A stretch of DNA of 63,103 nt, counting the filler, from Octopus bimaculoides (Eukaryota): assembly GCF_001194135.2 (NCBI RefSeq). It is 5 parts of 5 records of this genome, joined end to end, with 100 filler letters (N's around TTAATTAATTAA, not from the genome) between each part and the next. Parts side by side here need not be neighbours in the genome. Positions count along the whole stretch, not along the records: positions 1 to 22,742 come from NC_068999.1; 4 more parts are not named here. One strand, 5' to 3'. Numbering within the stretch: the stretch's first letter is position 1; each line of letters opens with the position of its first letter. Shown in pieces: positions 11,026 through 22,842 of this stretch. The notes under the pieces were generated by a model. The model saw nothing but the letters and a program-made list of their open reading frames with translations. It was not told where the DNA came from and did not search any database. Both the position numbers and the translations under genes were made by a program.

Positions 11026-11904
11026 TGTATATATATATATTGTAAGTATAAAGTTATATATGCATATATGTATGTATATGTATATTGTATGTATAAAGTT
11101 ATATATGTATGTATGTATGTATGTATGCATATATGTATGCATGCATGTGTATGTATGTTTGCATGTATGTATGTATGTATGTAGGTATGTATTTATGCAT
11201 ACACAAATTTTATTTCAACTGAATGTTCATTTTGCAAGTCGTGTTTCACGCCACTGCAATTTTCAGGCGAGAACATTTAAAACTCGATTTTTGTGGTTTA
11301 TTGATGAGTTGTACTCGTCCATAGACTTGCGTTTTGCTTTTGCTAATCAGAAAGTAGCACCATTCTGAAAGGAAGCTCTGTAAGCAAGTGGATTCAAAAA
11401 GACACTTCAAGGAAAGAATATTGAAACGAATTCTTGAAAAATAATCATCACCAAACTTCTCAGTCGAAGTGTAGCAGCAACTATGGCACACATCTTCCTA
11501 ACTCTAGTTAGCAAGCTCTTTCCAACCGAACATAAATATCATAACTATTCAACAAATGCAACACAGAAGTTATTTACAGCTAAGCATGAAACACATCATA
11601 CAATAACTAAACAACAACATACAAAAGAACACGCAAGATATAGCTGCATACACAAACAACTTTACCAGAACAAATACATGATCATTATATGGAAGCTGTT
11701 TACAGACAAACATATTTTATAAATGAACAACATTACTTGTAGAAAAAAACCGATAAACGTTACATCGGTGACACAGTGAATCTTCAAAGGTAAACATACG
11801 CAACACACACATTCCAGAACCTGCCAAAAAGAAAAGCAGTGTCCTTGTCTAAACAAATATTGGAGTTAGATAAATAACACCATAGTTGCAAAAGTAAAAT
11901 GGTA

Positions 11905-12541
11905 ATTAATATATGAGAGCTATCATACATAGTTTGGATGACCTCGGTGGTTATAAGTATTACTGGGCAAATTAAATGTATACAAATTTCTAATTATTCC
12001 AAGTAGCAGAAAAGTAGAGGCAGTCTTATAGTACGGGGAGCAATATCTGCCAAAGCGAAGCGGCCACTTGTCATCATGCATGGCTGTTTCAATGCTGCAC
12101 GAGACATCGATATGTTGGATAGGGCTCACATTGACGAAGGAAGACGGCTCCATGGCAAGACAATGCTCCTATTCATAAAGCAAAGGCAACTTTGGATTTC
12201 CTCCATGTAATTGAGGTTGAATTCATGCATGGCCGGCAAGAATTCCCAACCTTAATCCTATAGAGAATAACTGCGGATATCTGACGAAGGTTATGTACAG
12301 CCAAGACAAGCATTATTCATCTGTTGGTGGACATGAAAGGGCAATAAAGAAGGCCTGGGAAGTGCTTCCACTTGATCTGCTGCTGAGGTTGATTGGGAGC
12401 ATGAAATCGCGTCTTTGAAGTAATTCAGGGAGTTGGTGGTCAAAAACACTATTGTTTATGTATTCCATGAGAATATCATTGAAATCTAGCATAATTTCCT
12501 ATTTTTACATCATTTTTGCAACATTATTCAACATGCCGCTG
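11905..12541 (+). mobile_element. Tc1-family (Tc3-like) DD34E transposase relic
   Basis: Broken frames give LDDLGGYKYYW..GSLIVRGAIS..QDNAPIHKAKAT..WPARIPNLNPIENNCGYL..AWEVLP..LIGSMKSRL, equivalent to LDGPDG, QDNAPxH and SPDLNPIEN. Ends in cgctg-TA. Confidence 0.82.
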
Positions 12542-12997
12542 TAGCTTAAACAGAGAGGTTCTGGCTCTGTAATTTTCTTATAGTATTATCTAATTTATAT
12601 TTGGATTTCAATAAATTTGAATATTGCAATGCCTTCTTCCATTCCATTTGCTATCTAGAGGGGAGTTTCCCGAATTTGGGTAATATAGTTCGGTAGAAAA
12701 AAAAAATCTTCTGGCTCTACAGTTTTGAAGAGCAGTTTATTTATATATATATATATATATATATNNNNNNNNNNNNNNNNNNNNNNNNNNNNNNNNNNNN
12801 NNNNNNNNNNNNNNNNNNNNNNNNNNNNNNNNNNNNNNNNNNNNNNNNNNNNNNNNNNNNNNNNNNNNNNNNNNNNNNNNNNNNNNNNNNNNNNNNNNNN
12901 NNNNNNNNNNNNNNNNNNNNNNNNNNNNNNNNNNNNNNNNNNNNNNNNNNNNNNNNNNNNNNNNNNNNNNNNNNNNNNNNNNNNNNNNNNNNNNNNN

Positions 12998-13033
<36 letters not shown>

Positions 13034-13559
13034 TAAATAGATAGACAGATGAACAGACGTATATAAATATATACATTCACGTATATACAAACAGACACAC
13101 ACACACATACATATATACACACACACGTACTCACAAACTCAAGCATGGAGAGAGATATGAGCAAATAAACTAGATTATTTGCAATGCTTCACATAATTTT
13201 CGTATAATAGTGATTTCATGGTCATTTCCATTTTCTATTTTAATGGCGAAAAATTAGCATCGTTTGGTAATGATGTGAAAAGAAATATTGAAAAATGACA
13301 TAAAAAGGAAGAAGGAACGATGAACAAAATTAAATGACTCTCCACTTAAAGCAGTTTGAAATGGTATCATTGTAGAAATAGAACACCTCACAACGCAACA
13401 CGCTTTTCAAATCTATTGCTAGATAAAAAATTATTTTGTTTTACTGCTTTCATGAAACTTTGATTCTCAGGTGTAGTGTCTTTCGCGCACCATGTGTTCA
13501 TTGTTCAGTAGGATGGACCTTGGTCGTAATTCGAATCTTCCTGCGATATTTAGGAGAAG

Positions 13560-14470
13560 ATAGTCTCAAAATGACAGCAAAAGTGTAATGAAATGTTGCT
13601 ACTGAAAGATACAGAATAATGAGGCATGGGATTTGGATAAAGAGTGGTATTTTCTCAGACACAGAATTAAAAATTCCTAGGTGAAACAAATTAAGTAGTC
13701 AGAAAACAACAGCTATCTAGGTTGGAACTGGAAGAGATCGTCAGAACAGTGGTGGGTGAATATTATGGTTACAAGAAAGAAGAAATTGAACAAGAAATAA
13801 TAGCAGGAATATCATTTAATCACCAACAAAGAAGTAGTAGTGAGCATGAAAATAATTTTAGCTTCATAAAGAATAAAGATAATATACAGAAGAGAAAAAG
13901 AGATTATTCCAACGTTTAAAGGAGGCAAGATATAGGGATGAAATGAGGTCAATAGCTTTGAGAAGAACTGAAAGGGAAATTATATGCACCTGACCTCATA
14001 CGTACAACTTCTGCTGGTGTAAAAATTCTTGGAGTTAAAAAGACGAGCAAAAAAAGAAAATTGGAAAAACCAATAGCAGAACATGAAAATTGATGATCAA
14101 GATAAGCAACTCTAAAGGATTTTTTTAAATAAGTGTTATAATTGGGGGGGAAAGGCGGTAAAGAAGAGATCATAAGGAGGAGATTGGGAAAAATCATAGC
14201 GTCAGACAGAGGATGACAGGCTACTAAAGAAGAGGTAAAAGAAAGTAAAAATAAATAACAAATAAAAACAAAATCTAGTAAAATACTATATACCAACAAA
14301 GAAATAATTAGTGTCAGCAGAAAAAAAAAACCTTTGGAGAAACAATAAAAGAAAATGTTACCAAAAGTTGAATAATAAGAATGATATACTAAATGCTGCA
14401 GCAGCAAGGGGCTTTTGGTGAGATATTTAGAGCAGAAAAATTCTGAAGCAGAGAAGTTTTGGAACATGAC
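13560..14470 (+). mobile_element. R4/Dong-clade N-terminal ORF relic
   Basis: LELEEIVRTVV motif near 13720, a YQQxN-like segment near 14290 and AEKFWN near 14450 resemble the pre-RT region of Dong/R4 ORFs. Many stops. Confidence 0.6.
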
Positions 14471-14484
14471 ATAGGTATAAGATT

Positions 14485-14765
14485 TTAAAAGTTAAATGAA
14501 AAATAGTTCATTGAGGATATTTGGGAAAGATATTGGATGAATAGGTGTGCAAGAGGTCGGAATATTAAATCTGATGGGATACCACAAAATGATATCGTCA
14601 GATGACTGAGTGATATATGTGCGTATCTCGGGGTGGGTGATGTAAGGTGATAAAATAATGGAAAGGGTAATGAATAAGTATCCATGGGATACAAGAGGAG
14701 TTTGAGGAAGGTGCTGGAGACTAAACAAAGTCAAAGAAACCAATATGTGGGTCAAACTATGGTTG
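14485..14765 (-). mobile_element. Possible decayed Penelope-like fragment
   Basis: Minus frame has CGIPSDLIFRPLAHLFIQYL (loosely GxPMG..P.LA.LF); composition resembles 2780-3480. Confidence 0.25.
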
Positions 14766-14769
14766 AAAT

Positions 14770-15035
14770 AACGTGATCCATTTTTGGACAAAGATAATTA
14801 CAAGTATTGAACAGAATTAGAAAGAAAACTGCTGACAATGCACCACCCTGAAGTGCACCAACCTAAAACATCGCCAGGCTCTATTGACGAAGAAGAGAAA
14901 GAAGCAGAGGTTGGGTAAAAGTAGAAAGCATTATAAATGCTGCGTTTCCGGGTGTGGAAAAATATGCTTTGTGAAAAAAGATTGCTTTCTGCGGCTAGAA
15001 AATATACGAGGACGTTACTGAAACAGTAAAATATT

Positions 15036-15037
<2 letters not shown>
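14770..15037 (+). mobile_element. R4/Dong-clade post-RT fragment
   Basis: LQVLNRIR..KLLTMHHPEVHQPK..IARLY..RRERSRGWVKVES matches the LDRKTRKLLTMH..HPKSDVDRLY..R..GGRG motif. Ends at (AAT)n. Confidence 0.7.
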
Positions 15038-15069
<32 letters not shown>

Positions 15070-15093
15070 TAATAATAATAATAATAATAATAA
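15038..15093. repeat. (AAT)n microsatellite
   Basis: Direct reading; lies between two Dong-like fragments. Confidence 0.97.
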
Positions 15094-15375
15094 TAGTGGG
15101 AAATAAGAAGGTTCTGGTCAATGAATAGAGTAGACGAGATACCAATAGCGTGCACTTGGAAGTATCAGCAGTCAACTACCAGCATGTGGCTGAAAAAGGT
15201 CGGTGCAAGCGTGAAGGTAGAACACTTCCAAAAATCAGCATTGTTTGGAACTGCAAGAATTCTTGGCAGGGTTCTTGAAGCATGACCAGTAAAACAAGTG
15301 TCACCTTAGTCTGCTGGCTGTGTTCAGCTGACACTTTCCATTACACCCAACAATATAAGCTGTGAGTTTTAATAA
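15094..15375 (+). mobile_element. 5'-truncated R4/Dong-clade copy (C-terminus, 3' UTR, TAA tail)
   Basis: EIRRFWSMNRVDEIPI...KVEHFQKSALFGTARILGRVLEA*, then a ~75-nt UTR ending aataataatg. Closely similar to 18953-19270. Confidence 0.88.
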
Positions 15376-15384
15376 TAATGATAA

Positions 15385-16080
15385 TATGCAGAAAAAACAC
15401 ATGCTTACTATAAGACATTGCAGTCCATTCTGACCAAAATGTTATCCGAAAAGAAGTGAAGAAATTGTCAAAGTACAAAAGCCTCGAAACGGAAGTATTC
15501 AAGATGTGGAGCATGAAGGTGAAAACAATACCAATAATAACTGGAGCATTGGGCATGATAAAAAAAAAAACATGAACAACAGGCGCAGGAGTGGCTGTGT
15601 GGTAAGTAGCTTGCTTACCAACCACATGGTTCTGGGTTCAGTCCCACTGCGTGGCACTTTGGGCAAGTGTCTTCTTCTATTGTCTCGGGTCGACCAAAGC
15701 CTTGTGAGTGGATTTGGTAGACGGAAACTGAAAGAAGCCCGTCGTATATATGTATACATATATGTTCGTGCGTCTGTGTTTGTCCCACCAACATCGCTTG
15801 ACAACCGATGGTGGTGTGTTTACGTCCCCGTAACTTAGCGGTTCGGCCAAAGAAACCGATAGAATAAGTACTAGGCTTACAAAGAATAAGTCCTTGGGTC
15901 GATTGCTCAACTAAAGGGGATGCTCCAGCATGGCCGCAGTCAAATGACTGAAACAAGTAAAAGAGTAAAGAGTAATAACGTAGAAGCTATACCTGGATCC
16001 CCAATACTACACACTATCCCCAAAATAGACCTGGCAGGAACAGTCCACATCCTGCGCAAGACATTATCAATTCAATAATA
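15385..16080 (+). mobile_element. R4/Dong-clade endonuclease C-terminal fragment, interrupted by a SINE A copy
   Basis: KTCLL..DIAVHSDQNVIRKEVKKLSKYKSLETEVFKMWSMKVKTIPIITGALGMIKK, then the SINE at 15582-15974, then NVEAIPGSPILHTIPKIDLAGTVHILRKTLSIQ*. Confidence 0.85.
15582..15974 (+). mobile_element. tRNA-derived SINE family A, full length
   Basis: Head ggcgcaggagtggctgtgtggtaag (A box), gggttcagtcc (B box), internal TA/TG tract, tail aaacaagtaaaagagtaaagagta. About ten related pieces occur in the window. Confidence 0.92.
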
Positions 16081-16384
16081 CAACCTCAACAGACAAACGC
16101 ACAACTGCAAGACTCATTCTCTGCAGTAATTATCCAGTGAAATAAACTTCCACTTGCAATCAACGCATTACACACTCAACACACAATACAAGCAGTAATA
16201 TAACAGAAGACTACACCATACCTCAAGGAAAAAAAAATTAATGCAAACCAGGAAGAGTTTGCGCACACTCAACAACAGAAAAGAACTCACAATGCTGCAC
16301 ACACGCCAGCAACACGGAGCTGTAGCAGGTGATGTATTATTATTATGATGATGATGATGACTGAAATAAGGCCAAAGATTTTAG

Positions 16385-16530
16385 AGGAAGGGGTTTAGTT
16401 GATTTCGTGGAAGCCCAGTACTTGATCAATATTTTATTTCGTCGACTCCAAAATAATGAAAGTTGGCATCGGCGACGTAAACAGTCAGAAGAAAATGCTG
16501 CAAGGCATTTTTTGCTTACCGTGTGACGAC
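16385..16530 (-). mobile_element. SINE family D, degenerate
   Basis: agcccagtacttgatcaatattttatttcgtcgactcc..gaaagttggcatcggcgac..gcaaggcattttt aligns to the reverse complement of 44540-44772. Confidence 0.55.
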
Positions 16531-17591
16531 TCTTCCCATCTACTGCCCATAATGATGATGATGGTCATGACATGATCATGTTCATAATGATCATGATGAT
16601 TGTCGCAGTTATCATCATCATCATCATCATCATCATCATCTTGGTTTTGCCGCGTTTGGACACTTCAAGACCCCATTAGGCAGAACTCGACTAGAAATGC
16701 AACGAAATGCACTGCCAAGCATTTTTGGGACATTTAGCTTTGAGAAAAAGTCTCCAGCATTTTATCTTAAGTACATTGTAATGTCTCAGCTGCTTATATT
16801 CTAAATCTGACTGCGTCTGGATCATTCTACGATCGTCAAGAGGTCCATGGTACCACAGATGCGTAATTTTGCTTATTAATGACTGTCTATTTGATTTTTC
16901 GAAGACGGAGAATCTTAGTTCGTCTTTCTCATTGTTTTTGGTTATTTTATTGAGGAGGGATTCCATTATTGTTTTTTAAAAAATTCTTTCTACTTACTAG
17001 TTTTCTTTGTTTTATGTTGTGATTTCATTTTTGAGATTTTTCGTTTTTCTTTTCGTGTTTTCTTCGACAGTTTCTCTTTGTCCAGTTTGAGTTAAGGGAA
17101 GGTTCGCTTCGATACAATTACTATATGAATGGATTATGATGTTTAACCCGTGCAAGAGATGCTGTTGTTGCTGTTGTCGTCGTCGTCGTCGTCGTCGTCT
17201 TCGCAAGTAGCCTACATGTTTAGAATATTTTTTGTTTTTATCCATTGTTCATTTTTTCGTTTTAATACTTTCACTCTGTGCTTTGAGATTTTTGTTGCTA
17301 TTCCAGTATTCACTTATGTAGCGTGTGTATGTTTGGTAAAACATTTTGGCTGCAAACATTTTTTTTTTCTTGTAAATAAATATATTTTTAAAGTTTGTAA
17401 ACAGATATTTCCTTTGTTGTCTCTCACTGGTATTAGTGGAAGACTTTTCAGGTGATTTTACCGCTTTATTTGCAAGTACTTCTCCAAAATTTCATTTGCT
17501 ACTGTTCGTAAATAAGTCATGTTTCGAAGAGAAAAGATAAACAGTATCTTCACTCTACTAGAGTCAAATATGATAATGATAATGATGACAA

Positions 17592-17970
17592 GTGGAGGCG
17601 CAATGGCCCAGTGGTTATTGCAGCGGACTCGCGGTCATAGGATCGTGGTTTCGATTCCTAGACCGGGCGTTGTTAGTGTTTATTGAGAGAAAACACCTAA
17701 AACTCCACGAGGCTCCGACAGGGGATGGTGGCGAACCCTGCTGTACTCTTCCACCACAATTTTCTCTCACTCTTACTTCCTGTTTCTGTTGTGCCTGTAA
17801 TTCAAACGGTCAGCCTTGTCACACTGTGTCACGCTGAATATCCTCGAGAACTACGTTAAGGGTACACGTGTTTGTGGAATGCTCAGCCACTTGCACATTA
17901 ATTTCACGAGCAGGCTGTTCTATTGATCAGATCAAATGGAACTCTCGACGTCGTAAGCGACGGAGTGCCG
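17592..17970 (+). mobile_element. tRNA-derived SINE family B, full length
   Basis: gtggaggcgcaatggcccagtggtt (A box), ggtttcgattcc (B box), ends gtcgtaagcgacggagtgcc. Second full copy at 47919-48300. Confidence 0.92.
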
Positions 17971-17986
17971 GCGATGATGATAACAT

Positions 17987-18024
<38 letters not shown>

Positions 18025-18827
18025 AAATAGACAGAGAGTATATGCTTCATCATAGCTGCTCAAGAACAAAGCTAATTGGCCCGGTACTACCAAGTCAATG
18101 TGATGAAAGATGGAGTAGAACTAAAGTGCCGATTTTACAATGATGTGATTGAAACAGTGTACCAACTAATCTCTGGCTGTAAAGATTTAGCACCTATAGA
18201 GTATAAATCAAGACATGACAGAGGTTAATATGTAAGCATTATAAGATCAAAATTGTTGACAATTGGTATAAGCACCACTGTGAGGCTGTAACTGAGGGAG
18301 AAAATGTGACGATTCTTTGGGCCTTCCAGTGCAGAAAGACAGAATCGTTAAAGTTAATAAACCAGATATTGCTGTGAAAAACTAAAACAATAAGGTTTGT
18401 TTATTGATCGACATGAATATTCCTTGTGATCATAATATCTCGGAAAAAGAATTTGACACGCTCAGAAAATTGCTCATTGAAATCGAAAGAATGTAGCATC
18501 CGAAGGCGGTTAGAATACCAGTGATTGTAGGAGTGCTTGGAATGATAAAAGAAAAATGGAGTGAAAATTATATGTGATGATCCCTCGCTTACCATACATG
18601 CAAGTGGTGCAAAAGATCGTTTTACTGGTACCTTAGACGTTTTGAGAAGAGCAAGTTCGTTGTGAGAATGTTCACAACCCATCTAGATTATTATTTTTTT
18701 CACATAAACTCCTTTGATTTTGAACATGAACAATATGGCGTGTTTAGTTTAATGGCCTATCAATGTATACAGTATTTTTGTCCTAGGTGTCGGGAAAGCA
18801 CTCGACTACAAATGGAAGAAAAACTGA

Positions 18828-18830
<3 letters not shown>
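18025..18830 (+). mobile_element. 5'-truncated R4/Dong-clade copy (knuckle, endonuclease, 3' UTR) ending in (AAT)n
   Basis: AAQEQS..KCRFYNDVIETVYQLISGCKDLAPIEYKSRHD..WYKHH..ENVTILW..NKPDIAV..CLLIDMNIPCDHNISEKE..RIPVIVGVLGMIK..VQKIVLL..LRR; the UTR runs into aaactgaaat(aat)n. Confidence 0.9.
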
Positions 18831-18920
<90 letters not shown>

Positions 18921-18952
18921 AAGAAGAAGAAGAAGAAGAAGAAGAAGAAGAA
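18828..18952. repeat. (AAT)n(AAG)n compound microsatellite
   Basis: Direct reading. Confidence 0.97.
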
Positions 18953-19270
18953 GGAAACAACATCGATGGTTTGAAGTGGAAAATACGAAGGTTCTGATCA
19001 ATGAAGAGAGTAGGCGTGATACCAATAGTAATTGGTGCACCTGGAAGTGTCAGCACTCAACTATCAACATGACTCAAAAGAATTGGTACAAATGTAAAGG
19101 TAGAACAACTACAAAAACAAACATTGCTAGGAACTCTTGCAAGAATTCTTGGCAGGGTTCTTGAAGCATGACCAGTAAAACAAGTGTCACCTTAGTCTGC
19201 TGGCTGTGGACAGCTGACAGTTTCCATCATACGCAGTAAAATAAGCTGAAAATTTTTCATCAAATAATAA
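18953..19270 (+). mobile_element. 5'-truncated R4/Dong-clade copy (C-terminus, 3' UTR, TAA tail)
   Basis: EIRRF..MKRVGVIPIVIGAPGSVSTQLST..KRIGTNVKVEQLQKQTLLG..RILGRVLEA*; the UTR gaccagtaaaacaagtgtcaccttagtctgctggctgtg is shared with 15094-15375. Confidence 0.88.
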
Positions 19271-19294
19271 TAAACGTTTATATGATAGGTACAA

Positions 19295-19465
19295 CGCCTA
19301 AAATTCTGAGGGATGGTGCTCGTCAGGATTACATCAACCCCACTACTTAACTGGTACTTATTTTATCGAACCATAAAGGGTTGAAAGGCAAAGTCGACCT
19401 CAGAAGAATTTGAACTCACACGTAATGACGGTAAAAAAGCCTCAAAACATTTTGCTCAGTTTGCT
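19295..19465 (-). mobile_element. SINE family D, partial
   Basis: acatcaaccccactacttaactggtacttattttatcgaacc..gaaaggcaaagtcgacctcagaagaatttgaactca matches the reverse complement of 44540-44772. Confidence 0.8.
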
Positions 19466-19478
19466 AGTCTTAATAATG

Positions 19479-19512
<34 letters not shown>

Positions 19513-19529
19513 TAATGATAATAATAATA

Positions 19530-19856
19530 AAATAAAATAAATGCGCCCTTTTAAAGCCTAGCCAGGCTCTTGGGCCCGGTTTCCTGGTTTGTATGGCGTA
19601 CGTGTTCCCCAGCTGAACAGGACGCCAGTCTATCGCAGCGTCCCTCATTTTTGCCAGCTGAGTGGACTGGAGCAACGTGAAATGAAGTGTTTTGCTCAAG
19701 AACACAACGCGTCGCCCGGTCCAAGAATCGAAACNNNNNNNNNNTGAAATGAAGTGTTTTGCTCAAGAACACAACGCGTCGCCCGGTCCAAGAATCGAAA
19801 CCACAATCTTACGATCATGATGTTGATACCCTAACCACTAAGCCACGCGCCTCCAC
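19530..19856 (-). mobile_element. tRNA-derived SINE family C (a ~54-bp segment is duplicated across a 10-N gap)
   Basis: Near-identical to 6165-6426; flanked by AAT-rich arrays on both sides. Confidence 0.9.
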
Positions 19857-20476
19857 TATAATGATGATGATGATGATGATGATAATAATAATGATAATAA
19901 TAATAATAATAATAATAATAATCATAATTGGCTAGGTTGTATAAAGGGAAAAGAGATAAAATCCGAATCCCTTTCTCATTTATAACTTCACAGCTTTAGA
20001 GACCTATGTTGTAATTAATAAACAATTCTGAGCAGTGGTGGTGGTGGGGTTTAGGGTCGGAGTGTGTGAAGTTTAATGTATTATTTATAAGATAGATTTC
20101 AGAACTATTTGCTAGCATTATTCTCCCAACACTGCAGCGTTTCTGATGGAATTGTAGAGTTCTTTACAAAATCACATCCTCGTGAAACAATTCAACGAGT
20201 TGCCAATAGCATTATTGAAGTAGGTTCTTGGACAAAAGCTCTTACATACGGAAGTAGAAAGCACAAACCAAAGAAGAATGTAAGAATGTATATACATATA
20301 TACATATATACATATATACATACATACATACATATATNNNNNNNNNNNNNNNNNNNNNNNNNNNNNNNNNNNNNNNNNNNNNNNNNNNNNNNNNNNNNNN
20401 NNNNNNNNNNNNNNNNNNNNNNNNNNNNNNNNNNNNNNNNNNNNNNNNNNNNNNNNNNNNNNNNNNNNNNNNNNNN

Positions 20477-20509
<33 letters not shown>

Positions 20510-20510
20510 G

Positions 20511-20543
<33 letters not shown>

Positions 20544-22014
20544 ATATATGCATACTTATATCTGTATGCGTATGTATGCGTATGAGTTTGTGGGTGCATG
20601 TTGCATGCTTACGCGCAAACACACATACACATATACACATTATGCTCAGTATTTGCAGTTGTATGCACATTCAATTAATATTCAATACAAGTGTGTTTAT
20701 ATAGGTATTGTTGTGTGTATATACACATACACAAACGAGCGAATACAGAATGCGCGTACATTTAAGGTATAAGTATAGAAATGTATTGTGACAGAGGAAA
20801 GTAACGATATGCATATGTATTTATGTATGCATATATATATGTATGTATATAGATTATGTATATATATATATATNNNNNNNNNNNNNNNNNNNNNNNNNNN
20901 NNNNNNNNNNNNNNNNNNNNNNNNNNNNNNNNNNNNNNNNNNNNNNNNNNNNNNNNNNNNNNNNNNNNNNNNNNNNNNNNNNNNNNNNNNNNNNNNNNNN
21001 NNNNNNNNNNNNNNNNNNNNNNNNNNNNNNNNNNNNNNNNNNNNNNNNNNNNNNNNNNNNNNNNNNNNNNNNNNNNNNNNNNNNNNNNNNNNNNNNNNNN
21101 NNNNNNNNNNNNNNNNNNNNNNNNNNNNNNNNNNNNNNNNNNNNNNNNNNNNNNNNNNNNNNNNNNNNNNNNNNNNNNNNNNNNNNNNNNNNNNNNNNNN
21201 NNNNNNNNNNNNNNNNNNNNNNNNNNNNNNNNNNNNNNNNNNNNNNNNNNNNNNNNNNNNNNNNNNNNNNNNNNNNNNNNNNNNNNNNNNNNNNNNNNNN
21301 NNNNNNNNNNNNNNNNNNNNNNNNNNNNNNNNNNNNNNNNNNNNNNNNNNNNNNNNNNNNNNNNNNNNNNNNNNNNNNNNNNNNNNNNNNNNNNNNNNNN
21401 NNNNNNNNNNNNNNNNNNNNNNNNNNNNNNNNNNNNNNNNNNNNNNNNNNNNNNNATATAAGACCTATTATACAAAGCGTATTATTTTTAATCTGTTATT
21501 GTTAAGAAAATATGAAAACATTCAACGTGGAACCTTCAATAAGCTGTCTTCATATCACCATTAGATAAAAATTGAAAAATAAAACGCATTGTTTAGGCTA
21601 CATTATAAAAGGAACGCATAAAGGTTTTAACAGAGCGATGTCTCCATAATGGCTGAGAGAAACTCGTTAAACGTGCGTTTGGCTAAGGGATGGGAGAGGA
21701 CCGTTTTTCTAAGTGCCATGTCAGATAAGCACAATAGACAGAATACACATAAAGCAAAATGGCCGCGTTTATAAAGCATTGAACTTATCAACACATGGGT
21801 CATGATTTCAAACTACGCCTCCGGCTTTCCGCTTTGTTTTCTAAGCCAGAACAACAATATATTTTTACCTTTTTTTCTAATTTTGGCACAAATCTTGAAA
21901 ATTAGGATTACATCGACCCCAGTTTTATATTGGTACTTATTTCATTGGCCTGGAACTCAGATCGTTAAGAGCTGGAAGAAAAGTTTCAAATTTTGGTACA
22001 CGGCTACCAGTTTC

Positions 22015-22435
22015 AGAGAGGAGTAATCAATCAACCCCAGTGTTTAGCTAGTACTTATTTTATTGGAAGGCACGTGGCTTAAAAGTTAGGATGTTGGACT
22101 CGTGATTGTAAGATTGTGGTTTCGATTCCTGGACCGGGCAACGCGTTGTTCTTGAGTAAAACATTTCATTTCAAGTTACTGCAGACCACTAAGCTAGCAA
22201 AAATGAGTAACCCCGCGACGGAGTGGTATCCAGTCCTGGCGGGGAATATATACGTCACGGAAACCGGAAAATCGGCCCTTATGAGTCGGCATGACTCGAG
22301 AAGCTAACTATACTTTATTTATTGTATTGACCTCGAAAGGATAAATAGAAAAGTCGACATCAGCAGGATATGGATTCAGATCGTAAAGAGCGGGAAGAAA
22401 CGTTGCTGAGCCTTTTTCCAACGCACTAATGATCT
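22015..22435 (-). mobile_element. SINE family D interrupted by a family C copy
   Basis: atcaaccccagtgtttagctagtacttattttatt is separated from gacctcgaaaggataaatagaaaagtcgac..ggattcagatcgtaa by the family C copy. Confidence 0.7.
22064..22320 (+). mobile_element. tRNA-derived SINE family C variant
   Basis: ggaaggcacgtggcttaaaagttagg..gtggtttcgattcctggaccgggcaacgcgttgttcttgagtaaaac matches the family C head and body. Confidence 0.85.
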
Positions 22436-22742
22436 TTTACACAATAATATTTTACACAATAGCTTATTTTAAAGGCGTGAAAGCGGTCGAACCGTTAAAG
22501 TTTTGATCAGAAGTTTTTGGATCAAAGCCAGTTCTTTTTTTTCCGGTTCTCTTGCCTTTGGATTAAATCTTGCCAAGCTGAAGTTTGACTTTTTTTTATC
22601 CAGTCAGGGATAATAATGGTTTCGAATTTTGGCCCCCTGCCAAGGACTTTGGGAGAGGAGGTAAGTCCTTCATGGCATTAACCCTGACCGCAGTTTAAAT
22701 GAATCAAACAAATATATATATATAAATATATATGTATATATG

Positions 22743-22842
22743 NNNNNNNNNNNNNNNNNNNNNNNNNNNNNNNNNNNNNNNNNNNNTTAATTAATTAANN
22801 NNNNNNNNNNNNNNNNNNNNNNNNNNNNNNNNNNNNNNNNNN
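22743..22842. other. Synthetic scaffolding spacer N44-TTAATTAATTAA-N44
   Basis: Identical 100-bp constructs at 22743-22842, 44323-44422, 56751-56850 and 61150-61249. Confidence 0.95.

Noticed and set aside
16691-16966. 91-aa minus-strand ORF (MESLLNKITKNNEKDE...)
   Set aside because: No recognisable domain, no convincing splice signals, and a length within chance expectation.
17592-17670. tRNA-like sequences with A and B boxes (also 6350-6426, 15582, 44542, 47919)
   Set aside because: They are SINE heads continuing into multicopy bodies and tails; no complete cloverleaf is evident.
19681-19800. Tandem duplication inside SINE C
   Set aside because: An identical ~54-bp segment sits on both sides of a 10-N gap, typical of an unmerged contig overlap.
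22787-22798. Recurrent TTAATTAATTAA palindrome (also 44367, 56795, 61194)
   Set aside because: Always centred between exactly 44 Ns on each side, so it is a synthetic scaffolding spacer. Order and distance across these joins are uncertain.
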